A DNA stretch of 31,946 nt from Ascoidea asiatica JCM 7603 (Eukaryota > Fungi > Ascomycota), in assembly GCA_001600695.1 (NCBI GenBank), contig BCKQ01000024.1, positions 125,813 to 157,758 of the forward strand. Reading direction: 5' to 3'. Positions 31,079 to 31,946 of this stretch are shown piece by piece. The translations under genes were made by a program, and so were the position numbers. The notes beneath the pieces are model-generated. The model made no database searches and had not been told where the DNA came from. It worked only from the letters and a program-made list of their open reading frames with translations. Numbering within the stretch: the first letter of the stretch is position 1; each line of letters starts with the position of its first letter.

Positions 31079-31946
31079 TATCTTCAAATTTAAATCCTTC
31101 AATATTTGATTCTCCTTCTTATTTTCCATTTCCAAATAATCCAAATTTTATAATATTATCAAATAATTTAAAAAATTCAAAAAATAATAATTTAAATTCT
31201 GTTTTATTATATGGAAATTTAAAATCAATTATATCTTTTTTAACTTCTCCATCAATTTTAAATTATGAATTTATTTCTGATTTTTTTTTAACTTTTAGAT
31301 TTTATTTAAATAAAAATATTTTAATTAATTTATTAAATTTAAGATTATCTTGGTCTTTAAATCATTGTTTAAATAATATTGATAATAATAATATTCAAAT
31401 TTATAAATCAATTTTATTAAGAACTTTTGTAGTAATAAGACATTGGTTATTAAATTTCTTTGCTGATGATTTTTTAAATGATTTAAATTTAAGATTATCT
31501 TTTATTAATTATTTTAATAATCAAATTTTAAATACTTTTATAAATAATATTAAAAATAATAATAACAAAGATGATTCAATTATAAATATAATTTTTAATA
31601 ATTCTTTATATTTCTTTATTTATAAAATTATTTTAGAAATTAAAAAATGTTGGTTTACATGTTTATCAATATATTGGAATGATAAATTAATTTTAAAATT
31701 TAATCAATTAAATTCTACTAATAAAAATGATATTTTTTTATTAAATTTATTAAATTTAAAATTATCTCCTGGTGGTTTTTCAAATAATTTAAATTCTTCT
31801 TTAATTGGTATAAAATCTTCAATTGATCCAACTTATCGTCGTGATAAAATTTTATCTTTTTATAATATATCTTATTCAAATAATTCTTTAAATAATTCTT
31901 TAATTTCAAATTCAAATTCAAATTCAAATTCAAATTCAAATTCAAA
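31024..31946 (+). CDS. LTE1: Lte1-like Ras-GEF-domain mitotic exit regulator, 5' partial (runs off the window)
   Basis: Hand translation from ATG 31024 is stop-free to the window end. LTSPSILNYEFISDFFLTFRFYL and LLRTFVVIRHWLLNFFADDF match the RasGEF N-terminal (REM) domain of Lte1. Confidence 0.85.

Noticed and set aside
31718-31945. Minus-strand 75-aa ORF and other short ORFs nested in real genes (e.g. 2427, 3072, 5788, 7584, 11818, 17319, 21979, 25274, 27030)
   Set aside because: Alternative-frame or antisense shadows of well-supported CDSs.

Overview
This window is very AT-rich, gene-dense nuclear DNA from a budding yeast (Saccharomycotina). The Asn-run and dipeptide-repeat-laden proteins and the strong A/T-ending codon bias resemble Ascoidea-type genomes; that assignment is inference and was not verified. 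There are 15 protein-coding genes, in order: a type I Baeyer-Villiger monooxygenase, SAW1, SCS7, an AVT3/4 transporter, TAL1, a MAC1-like copper-fist factor, a NAT2/DUF1279 protein, MRPL17, SYM1, GPA1, CDC42, a War1-like transcription factor lacking its Zn2Cys6 domain, STO1, TWF1, and the 5' part of LTE1. SAW1 is spliced and its real N-terminus is missed by the ORF track; LTE1 is absent from the track. Intergenic regions carry discrete GC-rich islands. I recognised no tRNA, rRNA, transposon or CRISPR, and no clearly novel multi-gene system. The best leads are a hairpin-dense segment between SAW1 and SCS7, a rare CTG codon at a polar position of Cdc42 (possible non-standard code), phased GCCAC/GTGGC arrays in divergent promoters, the headless prion-like transcription factor and the monooxygenase. 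Gene identities come from remembered motifs and sequences, not database searches.
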